In this document: positions 1 to 12,630 of the stretch, one piece after another | How positions within the stretch are numbered: the first letter of the stretch is position 1 | Layout: each line of letters starts with the position of its first letter | Source of the DNA: Felis catus | Taxonomy: Eukaryota | Direction: 5' to 3' | DNA: 64,000 nt | NCBI RefSeq assembly: GCF_018350175.1 | Contig: NC_058368.1 | Coordinates: 53,012,001 to 53,076,000 of the forward strand | Program-made: the position numbers and the translations under genes | The notes under the pieces: model-generated | Told to the model about the DNA's origin: nothing | Database searches by the model: none | What the model saw: the letters and a program-made list of their open reading frames with translations, nothing else

Positions 1-189
1 CCAATCAGAAAAAAGAAAAATGGAAGGACTCTTCTTTGGGGAAATTGAACTGACTTTAAAGAGAGCTTGTGATAAAAAAGGTGACTTTGCTTCCTGATGA
101 GTCCGCAGTGAAATCTTTCAGTGGAAAAGTCCCATCCGCACATATAGAGCCTCTGATTTGCTCTTAATGCTTCATTCATAAACGTTGAC

Positions 190-1380
190 AGACAATAAGG
201 GATCATCAGGCATCTTAGTAAAGCCTCCAATATGAGAAAGAGAATAAAAAATAATCATACAAACAAAGGAATCCAGAGCTGATGGACAATTCAGGTTATA
301 GAAGAAAGTTAAAAATAATAGTGATATCCTTAGAGAGTCAAGAAAAGATATTGTGTTCATAAAACAAGAACTGGGTGTTTTGAAAAAAGAACAAAGAACA
401 AGAAAGAGCTCTTATAAATGAAGAATAGAGGGGCACCTGGGTTGCTCAGTCAGTTGACCGACTTAGGCTCAAGTCATGATCTCACAGTTTGTGGTTCGAG
501 CCCTGAGTTGGGCTCTGTGCTGGACACTTGCTTGGAGCCTGGAGCCTGCTTCCGATTCTGTGTCTCCTTCTCTCTCTGCCCCTCCCCTGCTTATGCTCTG
601 TCTCACTCTGTCTCTCAAAAATAAATAAATGTAAAAAAAAAATTTTAATAAATGAAGAATAGAAAAGCCAAAATAAAAATGTAATAGAAAGGCTGATAAA
701 ATTCCCCAGAATATATGTCAAAAAGACAAAGAAATGGAAAATGGTAGAATAAAAAAGAAATTAGTCAATCGAGAAGATATAACCTTTTATTAAAAACAGG
801 TCTACAGAGAATAGAGAGAATGGAGGAAAGAAAATTATCTAAAAAATAACATAAGAAAAGCACTCAGAACTGAGGGCATTTATCCTCAGGTTATAAGAAT
901 ATTGTAAGTACTCAGCCCAATAAATGAAAAAACAAAACAAAACAATGACAACAACAACAAAATAAACCAAGTCACGTCAGCATGAATTTTGACAACATTA
1001 AGGATAAACACGAAATCTTAAATAGTTCAAGAAATAAAGAAGGAAAGGAAAATAGGACAAATAGATTAAGAAAAAGACAAAAGACAAAACAATAGGTCAC
1101 ATAGAAAAAATACAGAAACAGAATGGCATCAGATTTCTCAAAAACAACCTTGAAAACTAGAAGTGGAAAAATTGCTTCCAAAACCTTAAGGCAAATGACT
1201 TTAAACCCCAAATTTTACATTCTGAATATTCTTAATTGGCTCTGAGAATAGAATAAATTTATATTTAGAGACCAGGAATCCAAAAATTTTACCTACCATC
1301 AGCTGTTTTTAGGAGACTACTACAAGTTATAATCCAGAAAAAGTAAGAAATGAATCAAGAGAGGAGATCCAGAATATAAA
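190..1380 (+). mobile_element. HAL1 / old L1 ORF1-like LINE fragment, interrupted by a SINE
   Basis: A-rich decayed ORF1-like sequence. GAATGGCATCAGATTTCTCAAAAACAACCTTGAAAACTAGAAG (~1121-1163) resembles the HAL1/L1 ORF1 3' region. Confidence 0.65.
430..647 (+). mobile_element. CAN-SINE (SINEC_Fc type)
   Basis: GGGGCACCTGGGTTGCTCAGT head, CT-rich region and A tail. Perfect 16-bp TSD ATAAATGAAGAATAGA (414-429 / 648-663). Confidence 0.97.
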
Positions 1381-1738
1381 CACTCATAATACTAGGGTAA
1401 AAAAGTCCTGGTTTGTTCGGAACAGTCTTGGTTAAGTCCAATTGTTTTGGCATAATTATTAATAGCACTCCTTTTATTCTTAAAGGTGTCCTAGCTATTT
1501 CTAAAGGGTGGATATCTCTATTCATATTTCATGACATTGAAGACTTTTAACCAAAATTTCTCCATTTTGGTTCAATGTCAAAAACCATGATGAAATCAGT
1601 GGATTAATTTATATACAATCTGAGAAATAGATCAGAAAATATACATGATTATCTTGAAGCTATGAAATAATTATGAGCAAACCTTTCATTAACAGGTGCA
1701 ACTTTCCTCCAGCTAAAGTTAGTAATTAAACGAAAGCA

Positions 1739-1740
<2 letters not shown>

Positions 1741-1780
<40 letters not shown>
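1741..1780. repeat. (AT)20 microsatellite
   Basis: Perfect AT dinucleotide run. Confidence 0.98.
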
Positions 1781-1782
<2 letters not shown>

Positions 1783-1987
1783 TTCCAACACTCATAAATT
1801 TCATTCAGATGTTTTACTCATTTTTGCTACTCATATAGGTCAATAGAAAATGCTTAACAAAGGTTGCTTTCATCATAAAAGGCATCTGTAAGGATGACCA
1901 TGAAATGCTAGTGTATGGATCCCATTGACATAATCTCAGTTTCTTTGATTCACCATCAGTTGTCTTTATAGTTGAAATATGGATCCC

Positions 1988-2192
1988 GGGTGCCTGGGTG
2001 GCTCAGTCAGTTAAACGTCGGACTTTTGATGTCGGCTCAGGTTGTGATCTCCTGGTCATAACATTGAGCCCCTCGTCGGGCTCTGTGCTGATTGGAGCCT
2101 GCTTGGGGTTTTCTTTCTTCCCCTCCTGCCCCTCCCCCGCTCGTGCCAGCACTTTCTCTCTCTCAAAATAAATGAACAAACATTCAAAAACC
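1988..2192 (+). mobile_element. CAN-SINE (older type)
   Basis: GGGTGCCTGGGTGGCTCAGTCAGTTAA head. TSD AATATGGATC (1976-1985 / 2193-2202). Confidence 0.95.
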
Positions 2193-2364
2193 AATATGGA
2201 TCTCTTTATTTTGAGCCTAAAAATGAAAATGTCTAAAGTGTATATACATTTTTTTAAGATGATCTGAACATAAAAATTAACTAGTTCACAGATTGCCCAA
2301 CACGGGGCATTGTGCTAAGTGCTACCCACACACACCTAGAGATGGTTAAATTCTTGGGCTTCAG

Positions 2365-2450
2365 AAGGGCCAAAGCTCTGACTAGCTGTGTGGCTTTGGG
2401 GACAGTTACACAATCCCTCTATGCCTTAGTTTCCTCACCTATAAAATGTC
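2365..2450 (+). mobile_element. MIR fragment
   Basis: ACTAGCTGTGTGGCTTTGGGG...CTCTATGCCTTAGTTTCCTCACCTATAAAATG matches the MIR core. Confidence 0.7.
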
Positions 2451-4397
2451 CAACACCTCACAATTCAGTGTGCTTCGGATCAAATACCGTTTTATGTTTT
2501 GTTATAGGGATGTTTCCCAAATATTGTTGCATTCATTACTAAGTCTTTGTCAGAGTTGTCTTAACGACGTTGGTAAGTTAGGTCTTCTTTCCCCCAAAAC
2601 ATTGGAGAAAGCTGTACTATGTAGCTTAAAATATGAGTGAATAGTGCACCATTATCCTACTCAACAGAAATGAATATAGAAGGAAAGATACTCACCTATG
2701 TGACTGTCACCCACAACTCCCTTTTCTTTTTCACCTGGAAGTATGAACAGGAAACCAGGAACAGCTGGCCAAGGAGTTCACTAGGCTGCTTAGAGAAGCC
2801 ATGGATGGAGTCCAGGCCTTTTTCTATGGATACAGTTAAGTACAGCACCCAAGAAGCCAAGAAGATAGAAAACATGAGAAATATCTTACCTGGCACACCA
2901 TGATTCTAGCTGGTACCTGTTGTTCCTGAAGCCATGACAACGTGAGCCAGATAATAGGTGAATGCTGGCAAGTTTCTTAATGAAGATGAAATGATAAGTC
3001 ACTTTCTAAATACTTATCAGTGTCTTCAAAACGTATAAGCTGTCTGATAATTTAAGCATAATTGTGTTGACATCATTTCTTCTAAGATGTGAGGATAAAA
3101 ATATATGGTGTGTTGTTTTCTTTTTTTTTTCTTTCTTTCTTTTTATATACATGAAGCAAGTGATGAGTAAAGAATTGAAGTTTTCTGGTGAATGAAACAG
3201 CCAGACCACTTTTCATGACAAAGTTGGTAATTAGAAGGCCAATTTAATGGTGAATCAGGCAGAAATATTCAAACCATGACAAATGACTTTAATAATGCAG
3301 CTTGCAATGCTTGAACAGAAATAAATTTCACTTCCTCAAACTCTCGCCTTTTCTGCCTGCCTGGAAGATAGAACTGTCCAGGAGGTATTTTGTACCCTTT
3401 ATTCAGTAAAGCTTTTACTAGATTTTAAGCGACCAAATAGCTTGCAAATGCAAAACATCATTCAACTTCTTATGATTTTTTTTTTCCTGAAGGTAGACCG
3501 TGTTCAGAATTCTGAGTAAGTCAAGATTTATTTTTCTTCTGTTCTGCTTAGCCCTGCAATAGTGTTTTATTGTTGCCGCTCTGACTTGAGGTATTAAAGG
3601 GAGCTACATTGGCCTCAAAATTGAAAGCTAATTTTGGTGTTTGTCATAAGTTTGTTAAGACCACATGCATTCCACAGTTTGAAAAATTTCATTATTCTGT
3701 CCATGCTGGGGCTTCGTAATTGGATAGTAAGGATGTTCAAAGACTAATTTAGTGAATTGCACAATATTTTAAATGGAATTATGCAGGTTTATGGGTCCTC
3801 GGGGGATTCAGCTAGGAGCCTCTCGAGAAAATCTGTTTATCAGTAAATGATATTAGCAGCTTTCACCTAGCTTTTGTCTTCATTAAATTGCTGCTCTCCC
3901 AATTGAGGGTCACATCTGAGGCCTGCTTTGATAATTTGTCATTATTGTCTTGTTTATTGGAGCATAAAGTTGATACAGGCCAGGCTGTGCTGTTTATATA
4001 CAATGTGCAAAGAAGTTTCTATTAACAATTTCACCAGTGCTAAATCAAAGTGGAATTTTTCAGGGTTCAAGAAAGGGGATCATTTGTAGCATTCTAATTT
4101 CCTCTAAAACTCTCTGAGTACATGCCATGCCCCCTTCTCTAATATGTATAACACATAATGGCCTGGCTGGAGCCAATCCTCTGCAGACTTTGTAAAAAAT
4201 TCATTCTTATCTTTAAAAATAAGTGTTGAAAGTTGAAAGTCTTTCTATAGTATTGAGCCATCCTGCAAAACCCAATCCATGCCACAGACATCTCTTAAAG
4301 TATGGCATTCTCACATAGTGACCATTAACTATTTATCTTAATAGACTTGTGGTTATATTGAGATATTAAAATTGGTAAGAAACACGATGAAGCATAC

Positions 4398-4574
4398 TTT
4401 CCACTGAACTTTCGAGTTCTAAATCCGGCAATAGAAGGGGCAATCCTGGAGAGCTTGTTCGGGGCATATTTGAACGTATCACTGAGTACGTCTAAAATCA
4501 GTTGGCTGCTGATTATGCTTTCTGTGTGGATTGCCATGAGGTATTCTTTGCCAGTGATGATATGGGATCTGGAA
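4398..4574 (-). other. Candidate 177-nt internal coding exon, or coding-derived fossil; product unidentified
   Basis: Pyrimidine tract plus CAG acceptor, AA|GTATGC donor, and an open frame (SRSHIITGKEYLMAIHTESIISSQLILDVLSDTFKYAPNKLSRIAPSIAGFRTRKFSG). Symmetric phase 2-2, C-rich third codon positions and retained CpGs. No homologue recognised. Confidence 0.25.
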
Positions 4575-6365
4575 CTGGGGAACAGGGCAAATAGACTCCA
4601 TTTTCAACCAGGTCTGTAATTCAAGACATTTTTTTCTCTGGGAGATTTGCATATTTCATGACTGGCTCTGCTTCTTCTCAGCAAAATCATTTGGGGGACC
4701 TTGGTCTTCCCTATGTGTACGACCTGGGGTTGTTCTGTCCACTGGTTGGTTCAGACACATCTCCCTCTCCCCCCACCATCTCCCATTCCTCCAGCCTCTA
4801 TTCTCAGTCCCTATGCCCCCAGCAGCAATACTATGTATGTCTCTACAAGAGACCAGGCCCAGCAGGAAGGAGAACGGAAGTTTAGTGGCCAGTGTGCACC
4901 AGACTTTTGTGGCTCAGCCGGCGAGAAAGGAGCTCCCAGTCCCCTGCAACACGAAGGGCAAATTCTCTGTTGGAGTTCACCCAGGTTAGCAGCAGCTCCC
5001 ACGGGTTTGATCATACACATCCAGCATCCCCATTGCCTGAACCGCCTTTGGTCCTGCTCTCCCTGGGAGGGAGGTTCAGAAGGCCAGTGCTGATTCAGGG
5101 ACCTAACTATATTTTAACACAAAGTGCACAGGCGTTTTGGGGATGGAAGGAAGGAAAAGACCAACCCTTCAAGGGTAAGGACAAGTAGAAATAGTAAGTT
5201 CCACCCTCTTAAGGGCTCAGAATGATTGCTTAGGCCTGCCTTATGTAAGTTCTCAGGCCAGAAGCCTAGCCAACCTCATTTTTATATACTATTACCTAGC
5301 ACATCCACAGCTTTCAAAGATTTATGGTTATTATCGCCATCCACTCACCCACATAATCACCAGCCTTTCACTTTAAAATGGTTAAAAATTGTTTCATGGA
5401 TTGCAGATCATTAATGTAAATTAGACTATTTCTATATTTGATTTCTTAATTTTTAACAGGAAAAGAACAGCTCTCACACATACACTCTTTTTTTTCACTT
5501 GAAAATTTTAAATGGCTCTCCAGACACCTCTTTCAATAACTCTTACCCTCCAAAGCTAGGCTGCCTTTTAATTTCACTTTAAAATAGCTACATTGGGACC
5601 ATAATATGATTAGAACTAATGAATATTGTGGAGAGAAGCAAGAAAAATTTTATTTAAAATCTTTAAAAAGTATAAATACTTCATGTGAGTAAGGACCTGT
5701 GGTTTATCCCGGCTCGGTCAAGGACTCAATTTTGATTCTCAGGAACAGTCATCGGAGCTCATCAGGTTTCACCTTGTTCATCCTCCAAAGGATCATGACT
5801 TCAAAGCTTCCTCACTGGATGGTAGGAAGCAATTGTGTTAAAATAAGTTAACATCTCATAATAATAATGATAATAGTAAAATTGTCTAAGTGAAAAGGCA
5901 ATAGAAACTACTTATATAGCGGATCTAATAAAACCTTGCTCATTTTCCCTTTAAGGAGCTCTGGACACAGAGACCATTAGCAGGATGCTACCAAATAGAC
6001 ATTGTATAAAATTGCCAACTTGTTAACGAATGTTCTAATTTTACCTAAGAAGTTCATTCTTTGGAAGGAATTCTGTAGTCTTGACTAGTTTCTTTCCTTT
6101 ACACTGATTTCTCAAGCTTAACAAGCAGGCATCTGGAATTTGCTTAGTAGTCTCTGAAATTTAAGACTTGGATGTCAAAATCTGCACTGCTTAAGGAAGT
6201 CGAAATGAACTGTTGTTGCCAAAACATAGTTGCACCTTCCTGAGACCTTTGCAACCCTTAGCCACTCCTCCATCCATTATAACTTTCCCACCGTGCAGGG
6301 TTTTTCTTAAGGCTTGGGCACTGTTGCCACTCTATCGTGCCATTGTTACGAGACAAGATGCACTT

Positions 6366-6562
6366 AAAAATTTTTTCTTAATATTTATTTATTCTTGGGA
6401 GACAGAGGGGGTGGAGCAGAGACAGAGAGAGGGAGACAGAATCCGAAGCAGGCTCCAGGCTCTGAACTTCAGCACAAAGCCCTAAGTGGGGCTCGAACTC
6501 GCTGACCGCAAGATCATGACCCCAGCCGAAGTCGGATATTTAACCAACTGAGCCACCCAGGC
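6366..6562 (-). mobile_element. CAN-SINE
   Basis: Reverse-complement SINE ending ...CTGAGCCACCCAGGC. TSD CAAGA(T/G)GCACTT (6354-6365 / 6562-6573). Confidence 0.95.
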
Positions 6563-8707
6563 AAGAGGCACTTTTTCATCACCTAAGCAGCTTGAGTCTG
6601 ATTTCTCCATAGAACACTTTAAGAAAGCTTGGTGACTTATTTTGGACAGAGTCAGCTAAAACTGTATTCATCAAAGCAGCAAGGTTAGTCCCACTTGCAG
6701 AGTTTGGAGACACAGCAGCGTGGAAGAACCCTGAACACTGCCGTTAGCCAAGGACCCAAGGCTACTTTCGATTCTGCAACCTGGGGCAAGTGTCCTCAAG
6801 AGTTGGCTTATTCCCCTCTGCTGAGGAGTGATGGCGGGGAGAAGAGGCTTTGGCCTACTGAGTACTCATGACAGCCTGTGGACCACCTCAGGGGTTCAGA
6901 GAGAAGAGCTGGTATTTTCCCCATTGTTCAGACCGGGCAGATGTGCTCGGCTCCGTCACAGTCCAGGGATCAAAGCTGGGATTCCAGCGCAATGACTGGA
7001 AGCACACAACTTTGTAGGAATACTGTGGCTTCGAGAGAAGACTAGAAGTAGGCTTGTCAGCAGAAACAAACGAATCTATGTTCATTTTTCTTCTTCTAGC
7101 TTCGGTATTCTTATTTTCTGCTTAGGCTTGAGCTTATTTAATTCTGCTATGGAATTTTAAAAGCTAGGCATTTCTCTGGCAGTTCTCATATTTGGTGAGA
7201 AATGATGAATATACAGAATGCTTTTGGCTTTAAAAGCATTAGCTATTTGGAAGTGGCAGTATATATTGATAGATAGAATCCCAAACTGGGGCCAAAGAAG
7301 ATCTAAAAGTTCTATTCCTTGACCCATAAAACCGAAAACTAGTTCCTACCTCATTCTCTCAAGGCTCAGTGCAACTGAAGGACTTATCCGTCGCTGTATT
7401 GAACAGCAAACAAAAAAAAAGTTTTGGAGAAAAGAGGTTTATGTTCAGCTTCTAAGCAAAAATAAAACAACACTATAATTTGATTTAGTTATCAAATTCA
7501 GAAATATAGACATTTCTACTTCAATGCAAGTAAGCACAACTTTGAAGAATTACTTGCCCATCGATATGATCATGTTCTGAAATGGAATTTACTTAATTTA
7601 GGAAAGAAATTTTTGCAGACACTGTTTTATGTATGTTTCTTTGTTGTGAATATGTATCAGCTTGATTTTTCAGGAAATTGACCATTGAAACATTTCTTTC
7701 CAAGTAAGTGCTTGTAAGCCCTAGACTATGGGGTCTTTATTCCCTGAAGAAGCAGAAAATGCCTCAATGAATTCTTCCCTTATCCTTTGAATCAGCTTGC
7801 ACTTTAAAATGTTGTGCTTTTTTACTTTAGTTGGGAATCTATTTATATTCTTGTTAATGGGAAGATATTAGGGACTTTTGTTACAAACGCACCAGTGCTG
7901 TGTGTTAAGGGCTGGAAGCAGGGGCAGGGAGATAAAGGGAAGGTGAGAAACAGAAAACACGGACAAAAAGAGCCAAGAATTATAAGATGGCTGATAATGT
8001 TACAGAAAGTTCAAAAAATAAGGAAAATAATAGATGGATAAGTAAATAACGACATAGGTTCTATTGTTCTATTGAGCATTTTGATTATGTAGCTTTTTAA
8101 GTTACTTATGTTAGCCTAAAAATTATAAGGAACTACAGTTCATATGCATTTTTTTCTATACCCAGATAAACCATATTCACGAGAATTCTGATTGGCCATG
8201 GATATATCTGGTCCTAGAACAAGAGGAAGTCTTGTTAAGCATTCCCCAGAGAGAAGAGGTCTTTCCAGGGCTACTAATGCTCTCTCCTGCAGGGTAAAGT
8301 GCCTTCTCAACTGGATGCCCACGCAATGACATTGCTTCCCTGGTGAGTTTCCCCTCTATGACAGCTCGCAACTCCTGAGAACTGCTTTGTTACAAGACTG
8401 CCATGCTTTCCCCCAATTTTCACAGTTGTGGGGGCATTTCTTAAAATCATGTTATCCCTGAAAGCCGACCAAGCAATCTGTGGGAGGGAAGGGCAAAGGG
8501 AGGTAGGCATGCCTTTTCTCTCCCTTGAATTTCTCTACACTTGTCTGGGACTTTTCCAAAACTACCCCATGGTGGCAGTTTGCCCTGAAGTTTTACTTTT
8601 GTGTATTGCTGCCATCCAAATTATATTTATATTTTTAGAGTCAGTTCCCTGTGCTAGGCATGGCTGATATTTTTCAGGACAGCGTGTATTTGAAATTGGA
8701 CAAATTA

Positions 8708-8980
8708 AATGTTTGGCCAAGTTATGCTCCATGGAAACACCACTCCCATGAAATGTACCTGGGACAAAAGAAATATTTGGACATATAATTTTAATAAATG
8801 CTGCATACTATCTATCCCTCTTGGTTAGCTGCAATGCACATTAGTATATCAAAGCTCTGAGAAGTCCTGTAGAAACGATCCATTTCACTGCCTTTAACCC
8901 AGTTCCCAATGAACTTAACATCCCTTTTTGGAGTAGCACCTGTGTATGTGCTATATAACTGGTTTGGGGAGGTATACCAT
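8708..8980. mobile_element. hAT-Charlie MER112-like element
   Basis: AATGCACATTAGTATATCAAAGCTCTGAGAAGTCCTGTAG...TTTAACCCAG resembles the MER112 consensus. Confidence 0.6.
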
Positions 8981-9085
8981 TCAGCAAAGAATAGCTGAGG
9001 TACTCCAGACATGAGAAGAACTAACAGTTGATGAAATAGGACCAAGATCAAACAGGGATGATAAGAAGTATGATCAATCCATTTT

Positions 9086-9275
9086 CTTTTTTTTTTAATG
9101 TTTATTTATTTTTGAGAGACAGAGCACGAGCTGGGGAGGGGCAGAGAGAGAGGAAGACACAGAATCTGAAGTAGGCCCCAGGTTCCAAGCTGTCAGCACA
9201 GAGCCCGACACAGGGCTCGAACTCATGAACCATGAGAAGTCCAATGCTTAACCAACTGAGCCACCCAGGCACCTC
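9086..9275 (-). mobile_element. CAN-SINE
   Basis: T-rich tail, GA-rich region and ...CTGAGCCACCCAGGCACC end. Degenerate TSD. Confidence 0.95.
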
Positions 9276-10380
9276 TGATGATTCCATGTTCTAATCCCAC
9301 TTAATAGCCTGCTCCCTATCTATTCAGAGTTGGCCAACAGAAGAAGTTGATATCCCTAGCATTGTTGCCTAGAAACACTGGCACAAAATTAGCAACCAAA
9401 ATTAAACTTAAATATGCTTTTGAACTGTCTGCCTGTGTAAGCCGAAACACCACTAGAGTTTGCTTCAATTACTTAACCCTTAGATCAGCCAGTAGCATTT
9501 ATTATATCATCATTTTTAACACCCGAATTACTATTCATATTTTTAAAGCCGGTGATGAAAGATGTTTCTGAAGCTGTGAGGTTGATTCGTCACACAGTGT
9601 ATCCCAAATTGACCTTCATCTTAGGGTTCATACTCCATGCTTCAGTTTCTTCAAAGAACACAATTATAAAAGTGCAACCCCCAAATCAATGAGATGACAT
9701 ATTGGTTAAAAATATTCAAGTCTTTCTGACAAAGGAGACTCTTCTGGCAGCTGTTTTCTAAATAGTATGGAGAAATTATCATAATAGTTATACCTTCCAT
9801 ACACCACACCCCCAGCAAGTTGGAGAGGTTGCCACAAACTTAGATACATTTAGTCCTGCATTACAGCTGAAGACCTGACCATGCAATGACTTTATACACT
9901 GTGAGACTGAATTTTCTTTCTTTTTACAAGCTACCTTGCCTAGTGAAATTGGACAATTTATCACACAATTGCCTGCAGCAAATTTAGTATATGCAAGTGA
10001 TTAGTTTGTCTCTTCCCCAAGCAGCTTTGATGCAGTTGGGTAAGAGTGGCAGCAGAAACAGAAGGTCACTTATAACACACATTCTCTAGGGAACCACTAA
10101 TGGGCTATTGACCCTTTCCCACATCAGGTCGATGTGTCATATTTGATTCTGGTTCCTTGAGATATAATTTCCAAGTGGTGATGGTTCAAAGTCCACACAA
10201 GATGGGTTGTCGTATCAAGTTTTAAGCATGGCATTATTCACGCCCATGAAAGGCAGGTGCCAGCTGATTGGATTGGAGATAATTTTACCATTTCCATCTA
10301 GCCCAAGGCAAAGCAAAAATACACTATTGACAACATTGGTTAAGTTTAAATAACCACGTATGAATTATATTTTCATTCTT

Positions 10381-10588
10381 GGGTTACCTGGGTGGCTCAG
10401 TCAGTTGAGCATCCAACTCTTGCTTTCAGCTCAGGTCATGATCTCACAGTTCATGGGTTCAAACCCCATGTCAGACTCTGTGCTAATAGTGAAGAGCCTG
10501 CTTGGGATTCTCTCTCTCTCCCTCTCTCTCTGCCCCTCCCCTGCTCATGCTTTCTCTCTCTCAAAACATATAAATAAACTAAAAAAGA
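10381..10588 (+). mobile_element. CAN-SINE (older type)
   Basis: GGGTTACCTGGGTGGCTCAGTCAGTTGAGC head, CT tract and A tail. Confidence 0.95.
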
Positions 10589-10700
10589 ATCACTCTTGTA
10601 CTTAACATCTTTCCCCCCCCTCTCCCTTTAGCCTATTTCCATGAGGTTTGGGAAAGCAAGTCAACATTTTTGGTAAGGTGTGTCACTGGTCTATTATTTA

Positions 10701-10909
10701 TTTATTTTTAACGTTTATTTATTATTTATAGACAGAGACAGAGCATGAGCATGGGAGGGACAGAGAGAGAGGAAGACACAAAATCCGAAGCAGGCTCCAG
10801 GCTCTGAGCTGTCAGCACAGAGCCCTACATGGAGCTCGAACTCACAAACCGCGAGATCATGACCTGAGCTGAAGTCAGATGCTTAACTGACTGAGCCCCC
10901 CAGGGGCCC
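10701..10909 (-). mobile_element. CAN-SINE
   Basis: Reverse SINE. TSD CACTGGTCT(A/G)TTATTTA (10684-10700 / 10910-10926). Confidence 0.96.
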
Positions 10910-12065
10910 CACTGGTCTGTTATTTAAAGAAAATTTAATGAGCCCCCTTTTTTTGGCAACTAATGGATTTTATTGCACTGCCATGAAAAAAAATTTTCTA
11001 TGAAGGATTTAAAACTATTTCAGATAAAATATTAGGTTCAGTCAACAATCCCTAATGTAAGAGAATTGGTGCAGACAATCAGAAAGGTCAAATGGACAAG
11101 TGAGCCTTACTTTTTAAATTTAAAATGTGACTTTTTTTTAATCCAGAATAGAATTACCTCTATGCATTCCAAGATCACATATTAAAGTTGATAGGTGTCT
11201 GAAGAACATAGTCAAACCAACACATTATCTATGTACGTCGTTTTTCTCCAACCGTAGAGAAGAGACCAAAGAACACTCAGAGGTGGGAGGAAGCCAGCAT
11301 GGTGATGAAATGCTTTTCTTAGCTCAACGGCACGTTGTCAACTAAAGAACTGTTGTTGGGGAAGAGTGGGGGCTTTTTGAGGTGGAATAGTAGAGGTGGG
11401 TGAAAAGAAAGAGCTGGAGAACTACAGACGACAACACAGTGGGTGGAAGGAAGGTCCTCTCTGTCCAAAAAGGGTGCAGTTTTTCCTAGATCCCCACCCT
11501 GTGCTGCATGTGGAAGCAGATTTCTCTCCCGCTCATCTTGTATATCTTATAGCCTAGACTCCCGACGCACAGGCAGGAGGGTGTGGACGTGGGAAAACAG
11601 CAACAGGAGGTGGAAATTGAAAGTTTCCTTGAATTTTCAAGACCTCAGGCCCCGGTAGTAGATTTAGAAAGCAGGTATATAACAAGCTTTCAATTTCTGG
11701 TGGCAGTAAACTTAGTTTGAAATCATCGATTTAGAAAGAGGGAGGTTTGAGCTCTCTAAGACCCACTAAATTACTGAGCCAGGCCAATTTATGATCTTCC
11801 GTGTGTTGCTGCAAAGAAAATTTTCCCTGCAGGTAAACTGTCTATCTGGAGCCAGAGTTATTAGAAGCAATTTTATGAGTGGGATCATTAATTATGACCT
11901 ATGAAATTTTAATAAGTACCTTCTTCGGATCTTCTGTAGGAGCTGAGATCAAAGTGGCTCCAAACCATTGACACAAACTTGGTCATCAGGAAGTCTGGCA
12001 AGCTTACAAGGATTTGGGATCTCTATGCATTCTTCTATTTTCTTTGCTGAGGTTTTGTTAAAGGC

Positions 12066-12150
12066 ATATATACATACATATGGATGTGCATACACACACA
12101 CATGCGCGTGCACACACACACACACAAAACCCACATACACATGCATATAT
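12066..12150. repeat. Compound alternating purine-pyrimidine (TA/CA/CG) repeat
   Basis: ATATATACATACATATG...CACACACACATGCGCGTGCACACACACACACA. Confidence 0.85.
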
Positions 12151-12259
12151 TGCAGCTTCAACAGATTTTTATTTACTTAATCCTGGTGGTCATGACTGAC
12201 TTCATTCTTAAAATGTATTTGTATTTCTTAAGTACTACTTTTCTTTTTTAACTACAACT

Positions 12260-12630
12260 AAGAGAATCTATGGTGTGGTTGGAACATAAATGAACGTGAA
12301 GTAACGTACATTTATCCCCGGTCTGTCATATAACAGAAATATTCCCTTGGGCAACTGACTTAACTGAACTGGGCTTCTGTGTCTTACTCGTGTGAACCAC
12401 TCATGTGGCCTGAGAGCTAATGGGAAAACAGTGCTACATGTTTATTAATATGTTTGTCTTCCAAATCTAAAATTCAATGGATACATGTTTCTCTAGATTC
12501 CATAAAATGAGGGCAATAACAGTACCTGCTTTAACCTTCACCTGCTGTGAAGACAGAAGAAGATAATCCTTGTAAGGCACCTCAAGGGGTATCTAGCACA
12601 CAGCACACATCCCACGGGTGTTCATTCTTC
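12260..12630 (+). mobile_element. MIR fragments
   Basis: CTTGGGCAACTGACTTAAC and TAAAATGAGGGCAATAACAGTACCTGC...TAGCACACAG are MIR-like motifs. Confidence 0.55.

Larger units (their letters stand above)
1392..2300. mobile_element. hAT-Blackjack-like DNA transposon remnant (MER81/MER94/BLACKJACK group)
   Basis: The TAGGGT...GTCCTGGTTTG...ACAGTC...ATAATTATTAATAGCACTCC...AAAGGTGTCC start (1392-1492) resembles the Blackjack terminus. Internal extent is uncertain. Confidence 0.45.

Noticed and set aside
430..520. tRNA-like A/B boxes (TGGCTCAGT...GGTTCGAGCCC) here and in other copies
   Set aside because: These are the tRNA-derived heads of SINEs; there is no intact cloverleaf tRNA gene.
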